Source: an uncultured delta proteobacterium (lineage in GTDB: Bacteria > Desulfobacterota > Binatia > Bin18). Taken from it: DNA of 64,000 bases. Shown in pieces: positions 1 through 9,976 of this stretch (positions within the stretch are counted from its first letter, which is position 1; the number at the start of each line of letters is the position of its first letter). Where the stretch lies: assembly GCA_963733195.1 (NCBI GenBank), contig CAVTCR010000045.1:1-64000 (forward strand), written 5' to 3'. A program made the position numbers and the translations under genes. Below the pieces are notes generated by a model. That model was not told where the DNA came from. It saw only the letters and a list, made by a program, of their open reading frames with translations, and made no database searches.

Positions 1-200
1 AGCTACAGTCCTATGAAGGTTGTCTGCCAACACTTTCAATGTGGGGCTAGTAGTGAGGTACCAGAGGGACAGTAAGACTTAACTACACGGAGTTGATCCT
101 GAGCCTGACGAAGAACTCAGGCAGGCTCCGTGACGAAGCACTCTTGGCTTCTGGGCTCTGGTGCAGTCCTGGCAATTATGGTTTGTAATCGCCCAGAGCA

Positions 201-2819
201 ATGGCAAAGGTAAAAAAGAAACAATACTCCATTGAACCGGTTTCTCCACGCGAAAGAACGGAACCGGATCTGCTGGAGCAGTACCATAAGGCCAAGGCAC
301 AACATCCTGACGCGCTACTCTTCTTTCGCCTTGGCGATTTCTACGAGATGTTCTACGACGATGCGGCTATCGGTGCGCGTGCGTTGGACATTGCCCTGAC
401 CTCTCGTCCACACGGTCGTGGTCGTGAGCGTATACCGTTATGTGGTGTTCCCCATCACCGTCTGGAATCGTATCTCTCACGCCTAGTCGAGAAAGGTTAT
501 AAGGTCGCTATTTGTGAGCAAACCGAACGCCCGCAACGCGGACGGACTCTCATTCAGCGCGAGGTCGTTCGTATCGTTACACCGGGAACGCTCTTTGAAA
601 CAGAAGGCAAGGAGCAGACACTCGCGGCAGTGTTTACAGAGAAGGAGCGAATCGGAGCGGCTTTTCTCGAACTGGCAACAGGAGAGTTCTTCGTTGCTGA
701 AACAACGCAAGCAGAGCTTCCGAATCTTTTGACCAAATTCCAGCCACGGGAAATCATCTTGCGAGAAGGGGAAGCGTTCGATAACGCGCGCTTCCCAGAA
801 GTCTTTGTCACTCCCCGCTCCCCCGAAGATTTTGCGGTGAAAAGAGCACTGAATAATCTTTCGCATTCTTTTGGTCGTGACGTTGTTGAATCGTTGGGCT
901 TGCGACATCGTCGTGCTATTGTCGCAGCGAGCGCGTTGCTGTCCTATGTCAACGAGACGCAACGCACGTTTGTCCCCCATCTGAAAGCACCGCAGCCGTA
1001 TCGCAGCGAAGACTTCGTGTGGCTTGATCCACAAACGCAACGGAACTTGGAGCTGGTCAACAACCTGACAGATGGAACGGCGTCGGTCTCGCTCCTTTCC
1101 GTGTTGGATTACACCCAAACCCGTATGGGGAAACGGCGGCTCCGTTACTGGTTACTTCATCCGTTGGTCGCGGTCGAGAAAATCCACCACCGTCAGGAAG
1201 CCATTGGTGCGCTTATTACCCACGCATCGCTTCGTACTGACCTTCGTATTGCCCTTGCGAGTATCCTTGACCTTGAGCGTTTGACGTCTCGCATAACTTC
1301 GGCCATAGCTACTCCTCGAGATCTTTCGGCATTACGTGCCTCGCTCGCTCCACTCCCACGTATTCGCGATTCATTGACGGCACTGACCGGTACACTTCTA
1401 TCCTCACTGTGTGAAGATCTTGATCCACTGAGCGATATACATACTGAGCTGCAACGCGTACTGGTCGATGAGCCTCGCGCAGTAGCAAAAGAGGGTGGCC
1501 TCATTCGTGATGGAGTGTTGTCTGAACTTGACGAGCTGCGCATTATTCAGACTGATGGGGCCGACTGGTTGGCGACCTTCGAGCAACAAGAACGTGAGCA
1601 GACGGCTATTCCGAATCTCCGTGTCGGCTTCAATCGGGTCTTTGGTTATTACGTAGAGGTCACCAAGTCTTACCTCAATCTCGTACCGCAAACCTACCAG
1701 CGCCGCCAAACCTTGACCCATGCTGAACGGTTTGTGACAGAGAAGCTCAAGCGCTTTGAGGAGAAAGTGCTCTCAGCAACCGACCGCAGTAAGGAGCTTG
1801 AGTATGAAATGTTTGTGCGCCTCCGAGAGCAGGTTGCCATGCACGCCGAACGCTTGCGCCGTACGGCGGATATTGTAGGTGTGATTGACGTTCTCTGCTC
1901 GCTAGCAGAGATTGCTGCCAAGAAAAACTGGGTACGTCCTCACGTGACGGATTCGTACGATATCCAGATTATCGAAGGGCGGCATCCAGTTGTCGAAGCA
2001 TTGGCCGGGAATTTCGTGCCGAATGACCTCTCTCTTGATGAGCAGACGTATATGGTCCTCCTGACCGGTCCAAATGCGGCAGGGAAGAGCACGTATGTCC
2101 GGCAGGTGGCACTGTTGGTGATTCTCGCGCAGATCGGCAGCTTCATTCCGGCGGACGCGGCCACGATTGGGGTCGTCGATCGCATCTTTACCCGTGTGGG
2201 TGCCGCAGACTTTCTTGCGCGTGGACTTTCAACGTTTATGGTCGAGATGCAAGAAACCGCGAATATCTTGCGCCAAGCGACAGCAAAAAGTCTGGTCATT
2301 CTTGACGAAGTTGGACGTGGGACTGGCACCTCAGACGGACAGGCGATTGCTCAGGCTGTAGCAGAGCTGTTGGCGCGAGACATCAAAGCGAAAACGCTCT
2401 TTACCACACACTATCATGAACTGGCGCGACTCGCGGACACACTGCCTGGGGTGGCAAATGCGCGTCTCGAAGTTCGTGAGGAGAAAGAAGAGGTCACATT
2501 CCTCTACAAAGTCGTTCCTGGGGCAGCCCAGAAAAGTTACGGTATCTATGTCGCGAAACTCGCCGGTTTGCCATCAGAGGTAATCGATCGGGCCAAGGAG
2601 ATACTTGCTGAGGAACCAGAGGAACGGCAACTTCACCGAGAGCATTCTTACGAGACGCTGGGACGACAGGAAGCGTGCAGCGGAAACGACAACGAGAAAG
2701 CCCAGTCTCAAGCGATCATCGACAGATTAGTCAGTGTCGATTTGTTGCATACGACGCCGCTAGAAGCGTTGGTCCTTCTGGCAGATTTGAAAAGATTACT
2801 TGGAGAAGAGCGTGGATGA
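201..2819 (+). CDS. mutS: DNA mismatch repair protein MutS
   Basis: LFFRLGDFYEMF mismatch-binding motif, Walker A TGPNAAGKST, DRIFTRVGA, STFMVEM, LDEVGRGT, THYHEL. Confidence 0.97.
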   Translation: MAKVKKKQYSIEPVSPRERTEPDLLEQYHKAKAQHPDALLFFRLGDFYEMFYDDAAIGARALDIALTSRPHGRGRERIPLCGVPHHRLESYLSRLVEKGYKVAICEQTERPQRGRTLIQREVVRIVTPGTLFETEGKEQTLAAVFTEKERIGAAFLELATGEFFVAETTQAELPNLLTKFQPREIILREGEAFDNARFPEVFVTPRSPEDFAVKRALNNLSHSFGRDVVESLGLRHRRAIVAASALLSYVNETQRTFVPHLKAPQPYRSEDFVWLDPQTQRNLELVNNLTDGTASVSLLSVLDYTQTRMGKRRLRYWLLHPLVAVEKIHHRQEAIGALITHASLRTDLRIALASILDLERLTSRITSAIATPRDLSALRASLAPLPRIRDSLTALTGTLLSSLCEDLDPLSDIHTELQRVLVDEPRAVAKEGGLIRDGVLSELDELRIIQTDGADWLATFEQQEREQTAIPNLRVGFNRVFGYYVEVTKSYLNLVPQTYQRRQTLTHAERFVTEKLKRFEEKVLSATDRSKELEYEMFVRLREQVAMHAERLRRTADIVGVIDVLCSLAEIAAKKNWVRPHVTDSYDIQIIEGRHPVVEALAGNFVPNDLSLDEQTYMVLLTGPNAAGKSTYVRQVALLVILAQIGSFIPADAATIGVVDRIFTRVGAADFLARGLSTFMVEMQETANILRQATAKSLVILDEVGRGTGTSDGQAIAQAVAELLARDIKAKTLFTTHYHELARLADTLPGVANARLEVREEKEEVTFLYKVVPGAAQKSYGIYVAKLAGLPSEVIDRAKEILAEEPEERQLHREHSYETLGRQEACSGNDNEKAQSQAIIDRLVSVDLLHTTPLEALVLLADLKRLLGEERG

Positions 2820-3017
2820 ACACCTCACCCAATGCAACAACCTGGCCTGCTGTGTGGACTGTACTATCACTTTCTGGAATTTTCTCGTTGAATCATGCGA
2901 GCAAGCTTACGAAAGGTAAGCCGAAGAGATTTGTCGATAAGAATGGCTTTACCTCCAGACGAACAATCTTTTTGCCTCCTATCTTCTCTCTTCTATCTCC
3001 GATATTCCTTCGCCTGT

Positions 3018-4607
3018 ATGAGTATCCGTATTCTTTCTCCAGAACTGCAACAGAAGATCGCAGCTGGTGAGGTCATCGAACGGCCAGCCAGTGCAGTGAA
3101 AGAACTTGTCGAGAATGCGCTCGATGCTGGCGCGATGACGATTCGTGTCGAGGTTCAAGAAGGCGGACGACGCCTCATTCGGGTGATTGACGACGGTAGT
3201 GGCATTTCCGCAGCTGAAATGCGACTCGCCTGTGAGCGTTTTGCGACCAGTAAGATCGCACGCGAAGAGGACTTGCGGGCGGTACGAACCTTCGGTTTTC
3301 GTGGCGAGGCCCTGCCGAGTATCGCGTCGGTCTCACGTCTTCGTGTGCTATCGCGTGAGCGAAATGCGTTATTGGGGACTGAAGTCCGCCTTGAAGGAGG
3401 AACGCTGCTTTCCTTTCAGGAAGCCGGGGCGGCAATTGGCACGACGGTCGAGGTATGGGATCTCTTTTACAATACTCCAGCACGGCGGCAGTTCCTGCGG
3501 AGTTTACGAACAGAGTACGGCCACATCCTCGGAGTATTCACGCGCTTTGCACTTGCATTTCCAGAGCGTAGGTTTTCTCTGTTTTTCGATGGTCGGGAAC
3601 TGTACGCGTTTGAACCTGGTTTATTAGCAGAGCGCATCTCCTCGTGTTTTGGTCGTGAAGCGGCTTCCAGCCTAGAAGAGTTTGATAGTACCGGAATAAC
3701 CGGTCGTGTCTGGGGATTTGTTCTCCCGACAGAGGCCGTGTGGCGGCGGCGGTATTATTTCTTCGTCAACTACCGCGCTGTACGCAATCGCACCTTATAT
3801 CGTGCTGTTCGTGATGCGTTGCCAGGGGAAGGTGGCATGGTTCTTCTTTTTCTTGATGTTGCTCCTTCATCCATTGACGTGAATATCCATCCGGCCAAGA
3901 GTGAAGTGCGATTTCGTGACGACCTTGCTGTCTACGATCTTGCGCGAGGAGCCCTCCAACGTCGTATGCGGCCTGCATGGTTACAGGACGACCGCGTGGC
4001 TGAGCAAGAAGCGGTTTATGATCAACCGTCCGACAGTCGCTTCTCCTTAATCGGCCAAATTGAGAGGACGTTTCTCCTCACGATGGCCGAAGGGCATCTC
4101 TATATCCTCGATCAGCATGCAGCTGAGGAACGGGTGCTGTACGAGCAGTTGCAGAGTGGCGTTATCCAACGACGAGATTTAATTGCGCCACAAGTGGTGA
4201 CACTTTCTGTCGATGAGCGAGAGTTTCTGGAAGCCAAACACGAAGAAATCTCACAATGTGGATTTACCGTGGAGCCGTTCGGACCTCAGGTGATTGCTCT
4301 CAGGGCAGTCCCCGATTTCATTACTCCTAAAGATGCAAGTATACTTTTTTCGCGCTGGCTGGTCCGCATCCGCCAACATGGCGAGGATTTTCATCAGGCG
4401 CTTTCCTGTGTCGCTTCAGTAAAGGCAGGGCAGGAACTCGGGCGAGAGGAACAAGCACGGTTGCTTGAACGTTGGACGCAGGTTACGAATCCACATGCTT
4501 GTGCGCATAATCGGCCGGTGTATTTTCGTTTGGCGCTGGATGAGGTACGCCGCAAGATTGGTCGTACGGGACCGAGTTGCGAGTTTGTGGCTTCTCAAAC
4601 TGTATAA
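3018..4607 (+). CDS. mutL: DNA mismatch repair endonuclease MutL (start likely ATG 3018)
   Basis: IAAGEVIERPASAVKELVENALDAGA, GFRGEALPSI, DVNIHPAKSEVRF, endonuclease motif DQHAAEERVLYE. Confidence 0.96.
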   Translation: MSIRILSPELQQKIAAGEVIERPASAVKELVENALDAGAMTIRVEVQEGGRRLIRVIDDGSGISAAEMRLACERFATSKIAREEDLRAVRTFGFRGEALPSIASVSRLRVLSRERNALLGTEVRLEGGTLLSFQEAGAAIGTTVEVWDLFYNTPARRQFLRSLRTEYGHILGVFTRFALAFPERRFSLFFDGRELYAFEPGLLAERISSCFGREAASSLEEFDSTGITGRVWGFVLPTEAVWRRRYYFFVNYRAVRNRTLYRAVRDALPGEGGMVLLFLDVAPSSIDVNIHPAKSEVRFRDDLAVYDLARGALQRRMRPAWLQDDRVAEQEAVYDQPSDSRFSLIGQIERTFLLTMAEGHLYILDQHAAEERVLYEQLQSGVIQRRDLIAPQVVTLSVDEREFLEAKHEEISQCGFTVEPFGPQVIALRAVPDFITPKDASILFSRWLVRIRQHGEDFHQALSCVASVKAGQELGREEQARLLERWTQVTNPHACAHNRPVYFRLALDEVRRKIGRTGPSCEFVASQTV

Positions 4608-4702
4608 GTAGCAAACGTGAGGGGTACCCTCGCTCTGATTTATAGAGATCGTTTGGTTGATCGATACCATCAGGGTACACTGGGGGCCTCTATCTTGAGC
4701 TG

Positions 4703-6223
4703 ATGCTGGGGATCAATATTATGTTGTTTCTCTCATTGCAGTATCAGAGAAGATGTAGAGAATCGAACTGGCGCAAGAGTTTTGGCGTTCTTTTGTTCTT
4801 CTGGAGCTTGCTTTGTCCATGGGAGACCTTTGCTGCCAAACTGACGCTGACGTGGATGGATACTGCGTCCAGTGAAACCGGTTTCAGAGTTGAACGACGG
4901 ACGGAAGGTCAAGGAGACTATTTGTGGATTGCCGCACTGGGTGCCAATGTGGTTTCCTATGTTGACTCCGATGTGGAGGTTGGGAAATCGTACTGTTATC
5001 GTGTGCAAGCCTATAATCCTGATGGAGTGTCCGACTACTCGAATGAAGCATGCACGACGGTATCGACCCTCCTTCTTGGTTTTGAAAGTCCAGAACCTGG
5101 TCAGGCCGTTTCTGGTATCAGCACGATTCGTGGGTGGGCGTTTGACAGTATCGCTGGGAGAAGCGTCCAACAGGTCGAGATCTTCGTCGATGGTTCTTTT
5201 GTAGGAGAGCTGCCGTGTTGTTCATCTCGTGGAGACGTGCAGACCGCATTCTCACAGTTTCCGGCAGACAACACTGCGAACAGTGGTTGGGGAACCGGGG
5301 TTAACTGGGGAGATCTAGTGCCGGGATCACACGCAGTACAAGTGAAGGTCAAGAGTACCAGTGGCGAAATTCTGACTTCGGATACGCGAACTGTGACAGT
5401 GGTGAAACCGGGAACATCTTCCTTTGTTGATGTGTTTTCGCTTGCCGGTGCGTCAGCGCAGATCGACGGTCAGGATCTGCTTCTCAAAAGAGTCACCATT
5501 CGTGATAAATCCACGCAACAACAAAGTGACGTCAATCTCACGTTTCGGTGGTTTACGAACTTACAGTCGTTTGGCATGACGAACGCCCTTATGGTAAGTA
5601 GCGCAGCGGCATCCCAGCCGTCGCTGCTTGCGCGGGCCGCGTCAGGAGTGCGATCGTGGTGGCAGGAACGCATGTTTGGCCCAGAGCAAGCATACGCTGC
5701 TTCGAAGATCATTACGTTACTCGAAAGTCCAGATAATGGGCAAGCTGTCTTTGGTGTGAGTGTGTTGCGTGGATGGGCATTTGACGACGATCCAAACGTT
5801 ACGGTGCGGACAATCCGCCTGACAGTTGACGATGTGCCACTTACGGTCATCCCATGTTGCTCTGGGCGAGCAGACGTAGCAGTCGTCTTCCCTAACAACC
5901 CGAACGCTGGCGATAGCGGATGGGGGATGACGGCCAACTATTCTAACCTCCCCGCGGGGCCGCATACGATTGGCGTACAGGTCGAATCGTCCGCTGGGGT
6001 GGTTTTTTCCACGTCTCGGCAAATTACGGTCGTGAAGGTGGAAGGCTTTGAGTACATTGACCTTGTCGATTTCGCTGACGCCACAGCGCGGATCGAGGGA
6101 GAGGATGTGGTGGTATCAAGGGTACGGGTTCGGGATTTTGCCAGTCAGCAGACGCAAACTGTCCAATTACGCCTCCGTTGGTCGCTGAACTTACAATCGC
6201 TCGGGATTGTCGCAGTAAACTAA
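4703..6223 (+). CDS. secreted protein: FN3-like domain plus two repeated Ig-like domains
   Basis: Signal-like segment ending AFAA-type site; LTWMD..SETGFRVER..Y.YRVQAYN FN3 pattern; twice ESP..GQAV.G...RGWAFD...PCCS.R.DV...SGWG; true start may be downstream. Confidence 0.7.
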   Translation: MLGINIMLFLSLQYQRRCRESNWRKSFGVLLFFWSLLCPWETFAAKLTLTWMDTASSETGFRVERRTEGQGDYLWIAALGANVVSYVDSDVEVGKSYCYRVQAYNPDGVSDYSNEACTTVSTLLLGFESPEPGQAVSGISTIRGWAFDSIAGRSVQQVEIFVDGSFVGELPCCSSRGDVQTAFSQFPADNTANSGWGTGVNWGDLVPGSHAVQVKVKSTSGEILTSDTRTVTVVKPGTSSFVDVFSLAGASAQIDGQDLLLKRVTIRDKSTQQQSDVNLTFRWFTNLQSFGMTNALMVSSAAASQPSLLARAASGVRSWWQERMFGPEQAYAASKIITLLESPDNGQAVFGVSVLRGWAFDDDPNVTVRTIRLTVDDVPLTVIPCCSGRADVAVVFPNNPNAGDSGWGMTANYSNLPAGPHTIGVQVESSAGVVFSTSRQITVVKVEGFEYIDLVDFADATARIEGEDVVVSRVRVRDFASQQTQTVQLRLRWSLNLQSLGIVAVN

Positions 6224-6280
6224 AGAATAGCGTAAAAGGGGAACCACGAGACAAATGTCGAAGGGGGTCTCCTTTTATCT

Positions 6281-7906
6281 ATGGACAAGACACTACAGAG
6301 TCTCTTGACTCTGGCACACGAAGGGAACATCGAACGCCGCTGTGCCGCGTTGCTGGTGTTCGGTGCACTCAAGCTCGAAGAAGACAACGTTATTAAGGCT
6401 GTGAACGCGGCACTCGAACAACCCCACGCTCTTCTGAAGGGTTACGCGTTACGCTACGTCGAAGAGGTACGCCCGAAAGCAAGTCTGCCATCATTGCTGC
6501 CACTCCTTGAAGCGACGGACAAAGAGATAAGCGAGCATGCTCTTCGATTAGTTTCGAGTTTTGGCCAAGTTGCTGTGCGGCCACTCGTGCAGCAGGTGAA
6601 AGGAGCCAGCCGTTCGTGGTTGATGAACGCTGCACGGGGACTATGTTCGATCCGAGGAAAAGCCGCTTGGCAGGGTATAATGCAGATACTGTTGCAGGGC
6701 GACCCTGAAGTTAACAAAACAATTTGTGATCTTATCGCAACCACGGTTAAGGACCTTGACGACAAAGAACAGACTCTCCTGTTTACGGAAGTTGAGTCGT
6801 TTGCTGCTGACCTGAAAGGCCCAGAACAGCGGGCTGCGATCATTGCCGCGATTCGTGTGCTCGGTATCCTCGGTCGTGCTCAAGCGCGGAAGTGGCTCAT
6901 CGGTTTTGTTGGCTCCGAACAACCACACATCATTCGGTTCCATACACTGGTTGCACTGCTGCATTGTTTACGTGGACAAGAATTGCACAAAGGCGAGTTT
7001 GCCAAGCTCATCCCGCTCTTAGAGGAAAAAGAGTTCTCTGACACTGTTCGGCTGACACTTGACCTCCTTGATGCGCATGAGATGCCCGCTGAGTACCAAT
7101 CAACGCTTGCGCGTTTGTTGGAAAGCCCTCATATTGCGGTACAGAAATTCGCTCTCCGAAAGATGGGGGAATTCGATTCCCCTGTAGTAGTAAAGACACT
7201 TGTGCAACAATTGAATGATTCTGACACCGCTCGTCGAGATGCTGCAGCCCGCTCATTACGGAAAATTCCGACTGCCCGTAACGCGCTCACTAAAGAGTTC
7301 CTCGCTTGTGACAATGCCAGTAAAGCCTGGGCGATTGCTGAGATTCTCCCAACCTATGAAGGAAAATGGCGACGCGATACGCTTGATGAGGTCTGGCAAC
7401 GATTGCAGGACGCGCTAGAAGCCGAGGATCGCATTCACGGTGCGTATCTTCACTTTCTGAAGAATGTCGATGCCGAGTACGTCTACGGTCAGTTCGCCAC
7501 GCGTGGGGCGCAACTCAGAAAGAATAAAAAGTACAAGGAAGCGATTCGTTTTCTGACCCCGCTGCGAGAGTTCTCGACTTTTGCTGCTGATGAGAAATTC
7601 GCTTTGGCGATTGCTCAACTCAAACTCCATCCTCACGACGTGACATCGGTCACTGCCCGCCACGACCCAGCGCTTGATCTATTGGCGGATCTCCATCGAT
7701 CGTCGGCTTTCCCGGTGCTCGACACACTCAAGAAAGAGAAAGCCTTGGAACCGGAGGACCTTTTTTACCTCGGGTTTCGCTTTGCTGAGGGGGGGACGGA
7801 AGTGCGTTCTCTTGGTGAAGACATCCTGGAATTTGTTGCCGACCGCCACGGGCGTACCAAAGTTGGCAAAAGCGCAAAGAATAAACTCAAGCTTCTCGCT
7901 TCATAG
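6281..7906 (+). CDS. HEAT/ARM-repeat alpha-helical protein
   Basis: 541 aa Leu/Ala-rich helical ORF with HEAT-like units (VVKTLVQQLNDSDTARRDAAARSL). Confidence 0.65.
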   Translation: MDKTLQSLLTLAHEGNIERRCAALLVFGALKLEEDNVIKAVNAALEQPHALLKGYALRYVEEVRPKASLPSLLPLLEATDKEISEHALRLVSSFGQVAVRPLVQQVKGASRSWLMNAARGLCSIRGKAAWQGIMQILLQGDPEVNKTICDLIATTVKDLDDKEQTLLFTEVESFAADLKGPEQRAAIIAAIRVLGILGRAQARKWLIGFVGSEQPHIIRFHTLVALLHCLRGQELHKGEFAKLIPLLEEKEFSDTVRLTLDLLDAHEMPAEYQSTLARLLESPHIAVQKFALRKMGEFDSPVVVKTLVQQLNDSDTARRDAAARSLRKIPTARNALTKEFLACDNASKAWAIAEILPTYEGKWRRDTLDEVWQRLQDALEAEDRIHGAYLHFLKNVDAEYVYGQFATRGAQLRKNKKYKEAIRFLTPLREFSTFAADEKFALAIAQLKLHPHDVTSVTARHDPALDLLADLHRSSAFPVLDTLKKEKALEPEDLFYLGFRFAEGGTEVRSLGEDILEFVADRHGRTKVGKSAKNKLKLLAS

Positions 7907-8030
7907 GTCAGCGGGAAGAACACACTCTGCTTGTAAAGAATCTTACGCTCGTGCCGATAGAAGCCCCTGATTGCCACCGAGAGTTTGGTGGCGAGCGACC
8001 TTCACAAGTGGAAAGGTTGAGCGGGCGTAT

Positions 8031-8462
8031 ATGGCTTCGATTGCAGAGACAGACTCACTCAAGCTGCCAGTGGGTGCAACCCGAGTCGCAAAGATCGCGT
8101 CGATCGGGATCATCTCGTGTCTCGTGATCTTCTTTACGTCATTTTTGTATGCTCCAGTATCTGATGTCTACGTTCTGTTTTCCTTCCTCACAGGTGTGCT
8201 CTTGATTACTGCGGCATTTCTGCAGGCAACGGTGCGGTCGTCGACGTTTCATCCGATTGCCAAGTTCGTGCTGCTGGTTCCTATTCTGAGTCTATTCATT
8301 CTGCCTTCTGTGCTTCCCCGTCAGCTTTTCCCCGAACATGCAGACCGGCTCTATTGGGTGCATGACCTGTCGATGTTTGGCTCTGGTCTCTGTGCCGGAT
8401 TGCTTCTCTTCCGGAGGCGCGCCGAGACCTTTTTGCATTCCGAGCATCGTACACGTGCGTAG
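8031..8462 (+). CDS. hypothetical membrane protein (about 4 TM)
   Basis: Four hydrophobic stretches; ATG at 8031. Confidence 0.6.
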   Translation: MASIAETDSLKLPVGATRVAKIASIGIISCLVIFFTSFLYAPVSDVYVLFSFLTGVLLITAAFLQATVRSSTFHPIAKFVLLVPILSLFILPSVLPRQLFPEHADRLYWVHDLSMFGSGLCAGLLLFRRRAETFLHSEHRTRA

Positions 8463-8572
8463 TGGGTGAGTTTTTCCTTTCTTGACACTTATCCCGTCCT
8501 CCCCTTATAGATGACCCACCTGAAGCGTGGTTTGTTACGACGCTTCGCGGAAACTTGCGTCGAAGGAGAAGG

Positions 8573-9670
8573 ATGATGAAAGCTGCGGTGCTATACGAAG
8601 CGAACAAACCATTGGTGATCGAAGACATCAAAATCGCCCCGCCAAAGGCTGGCGAGGTGCGAGTGAAAGTCGCTGCGAACGGTGCGTGCCATAGTGATCT
8701 GCATGTTATGACCGGTGACATGCGGATGCCATTGCCAATTGTGCTCGGTCATGAAGGCGCAGGGATTGTGACGGAAGTTGGTCCAGGTGTCTCTTCGGTG
8801 AAAGAAGGCGACCACGTTGTGTTGTCATTTTCTCCAGTATGCGGGCATTGTTTCTCATGTACCCAAGGAACGCCGCACTTATGCGAAACTCGCCCAAAAT
8901 CCCTTGGGACACTGCTCGATGGAACTACGCGCCTGAGCAAGAGTGGAACAGACATATTCCACTTCGCGTTCACTGCGTCCTTTGCAGAAGAAACTGTGAT
9001 ACCAGAGAGTTGTGCGATCAAGATCCGTGACGATATGCCACTTGATCGCGCCTGTTTTGTCGGTTGTGGCACCATGACTGGTGTTGGCGCGGCTATCAAC
9101 ACTGCACAAGTGCAGCCAGGAACAACAGTGGCGGTGATTGGTTGTGGTGGGGTCGGGCTCAATGTTATTCAAGGTGCAGCATTAGCTGGTGCACGCCAGG
9201 TTATTGCGATTGACCTCCTTCAGAAGAAGCTCGATTTTGCCAGAACATTCGGTGCGACACATTTCGTGAACCCATCACAAGATGAACCATTTAAGGCGGT
9301 GATGGATCTCACTGGTGGTCGAGGGGTTGATTATGCGTTCGAGGTCATCAGCACGGCCAAGACCATTGAGTTGGCATTTAAGATGACAGCGCGACGTGGG
9401 ACCTGTACGATCGTCGGAGTTTCTCCCGAAGGAGCCCGCATTTCGATCAATCCTAATATCTTTACGATGATGGAGAAGCGGCTGATCGGTTCTTTCTATG
9501 GATCAACTCGTCCACGCATCGACATGCCTCGGCTGGTTGACCTCTATATGGAAAAGAAAATTAAGATTGACGAGTTGGTCTCGCGTACGTTCCCGCTTGA
9601 AGGCGTGAACGAAGCCTACGACTTGCTGAAGAAGGGCGAAGTCGCGCGGAGTGTGGTGAAGTTTTTCTAA
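8573..9670 (+). CDS. Zn-dependent alcohol dehydrogenase (MDR, class III-like)
   Basis: CHSDLH, GHEGAG, CGHC..C...C structural Zn, GCGGVG Rossmann motif; AAGGAG RBS. Confidence 0.93.
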   Translation: MMKAAVLYEANKPLVIEDIKIAPPKAGEVRVKVAANGACHSDLHVMTGDMRMPLPIVLGHEGAGIVTEVGPGVSSVKEGDHVVLSFSPVCGHCFSCTQGTPHLCETRPKSLGTLLDGTTRLSKSGTDIFHFAFTASFAEETVIPESCAIKIRDDMPLDRACFVGCGTMTGVGAAINTAQVQPGTTVAVIGCGGVGLNVIQGAALAGARQVIAIDLLQKKLDFARTFGATHFVNPSQDEPFKAVMDLTGGRGVDYAFEVISTAKTIELAFKMTARRGTCTIVGVSPEGARISINPNIFTMMEKRLIGSFYGSTRPRIDMPRLVDLYMEKKIKIDELVSRTFPLEGVNEAYDLLKKGEVARSVVKFF

Positions 9671-9959
9671 GAGTCTGTCTCAAGAGTGGACAAGACATGT
9701 CATTGCGAGGAGCACGAGGCGACGAAGCAATCTCTTTTTTAGGCAAGATTGTTCGCTGCGCTGCTCAGAAACAAAATGCTCCGCCTACTGCCCCCTGGAT
9801 TCCAGCTTGCGCTGGAATGACGCAGACGACATGCCCGTCATTCCGGGCGAGCACCGCGAGACCCGGAATCCAGGCGCATCCAGTTTCTGCCTCCATGCTT
9901 AGCGCCCGCGCTATGGAGAACTCGCAATGACTGGAACCCCCGACTTCTCAAACAACTCT
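9670..9959. repeat. nested palindromic REP/MITE-like element
   Basis: Outer imperfect IR AGAGTCTGTCTCAAGAGT / ACTTCTCAAACAACTCT; inner perfect IR GTCATTGCGAG (9699) / CTCGCAATGAC (9921); innermost CCTGGATTCC..GGAATGACG / CGTCATTCC..GGAATCCAGG. Confidence 0.75.
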
Positions 9960-9976
9960 CAACCTTACAAGCCTTG

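Noticed and set aside
2895-3017. N-terminal ORF extensions of MutL (also IspG from 47289 and CocE to 52780)
   Set aside because: Family homology begins at downstream ATGs; extensions look non-coding or overlap neighbouring genes
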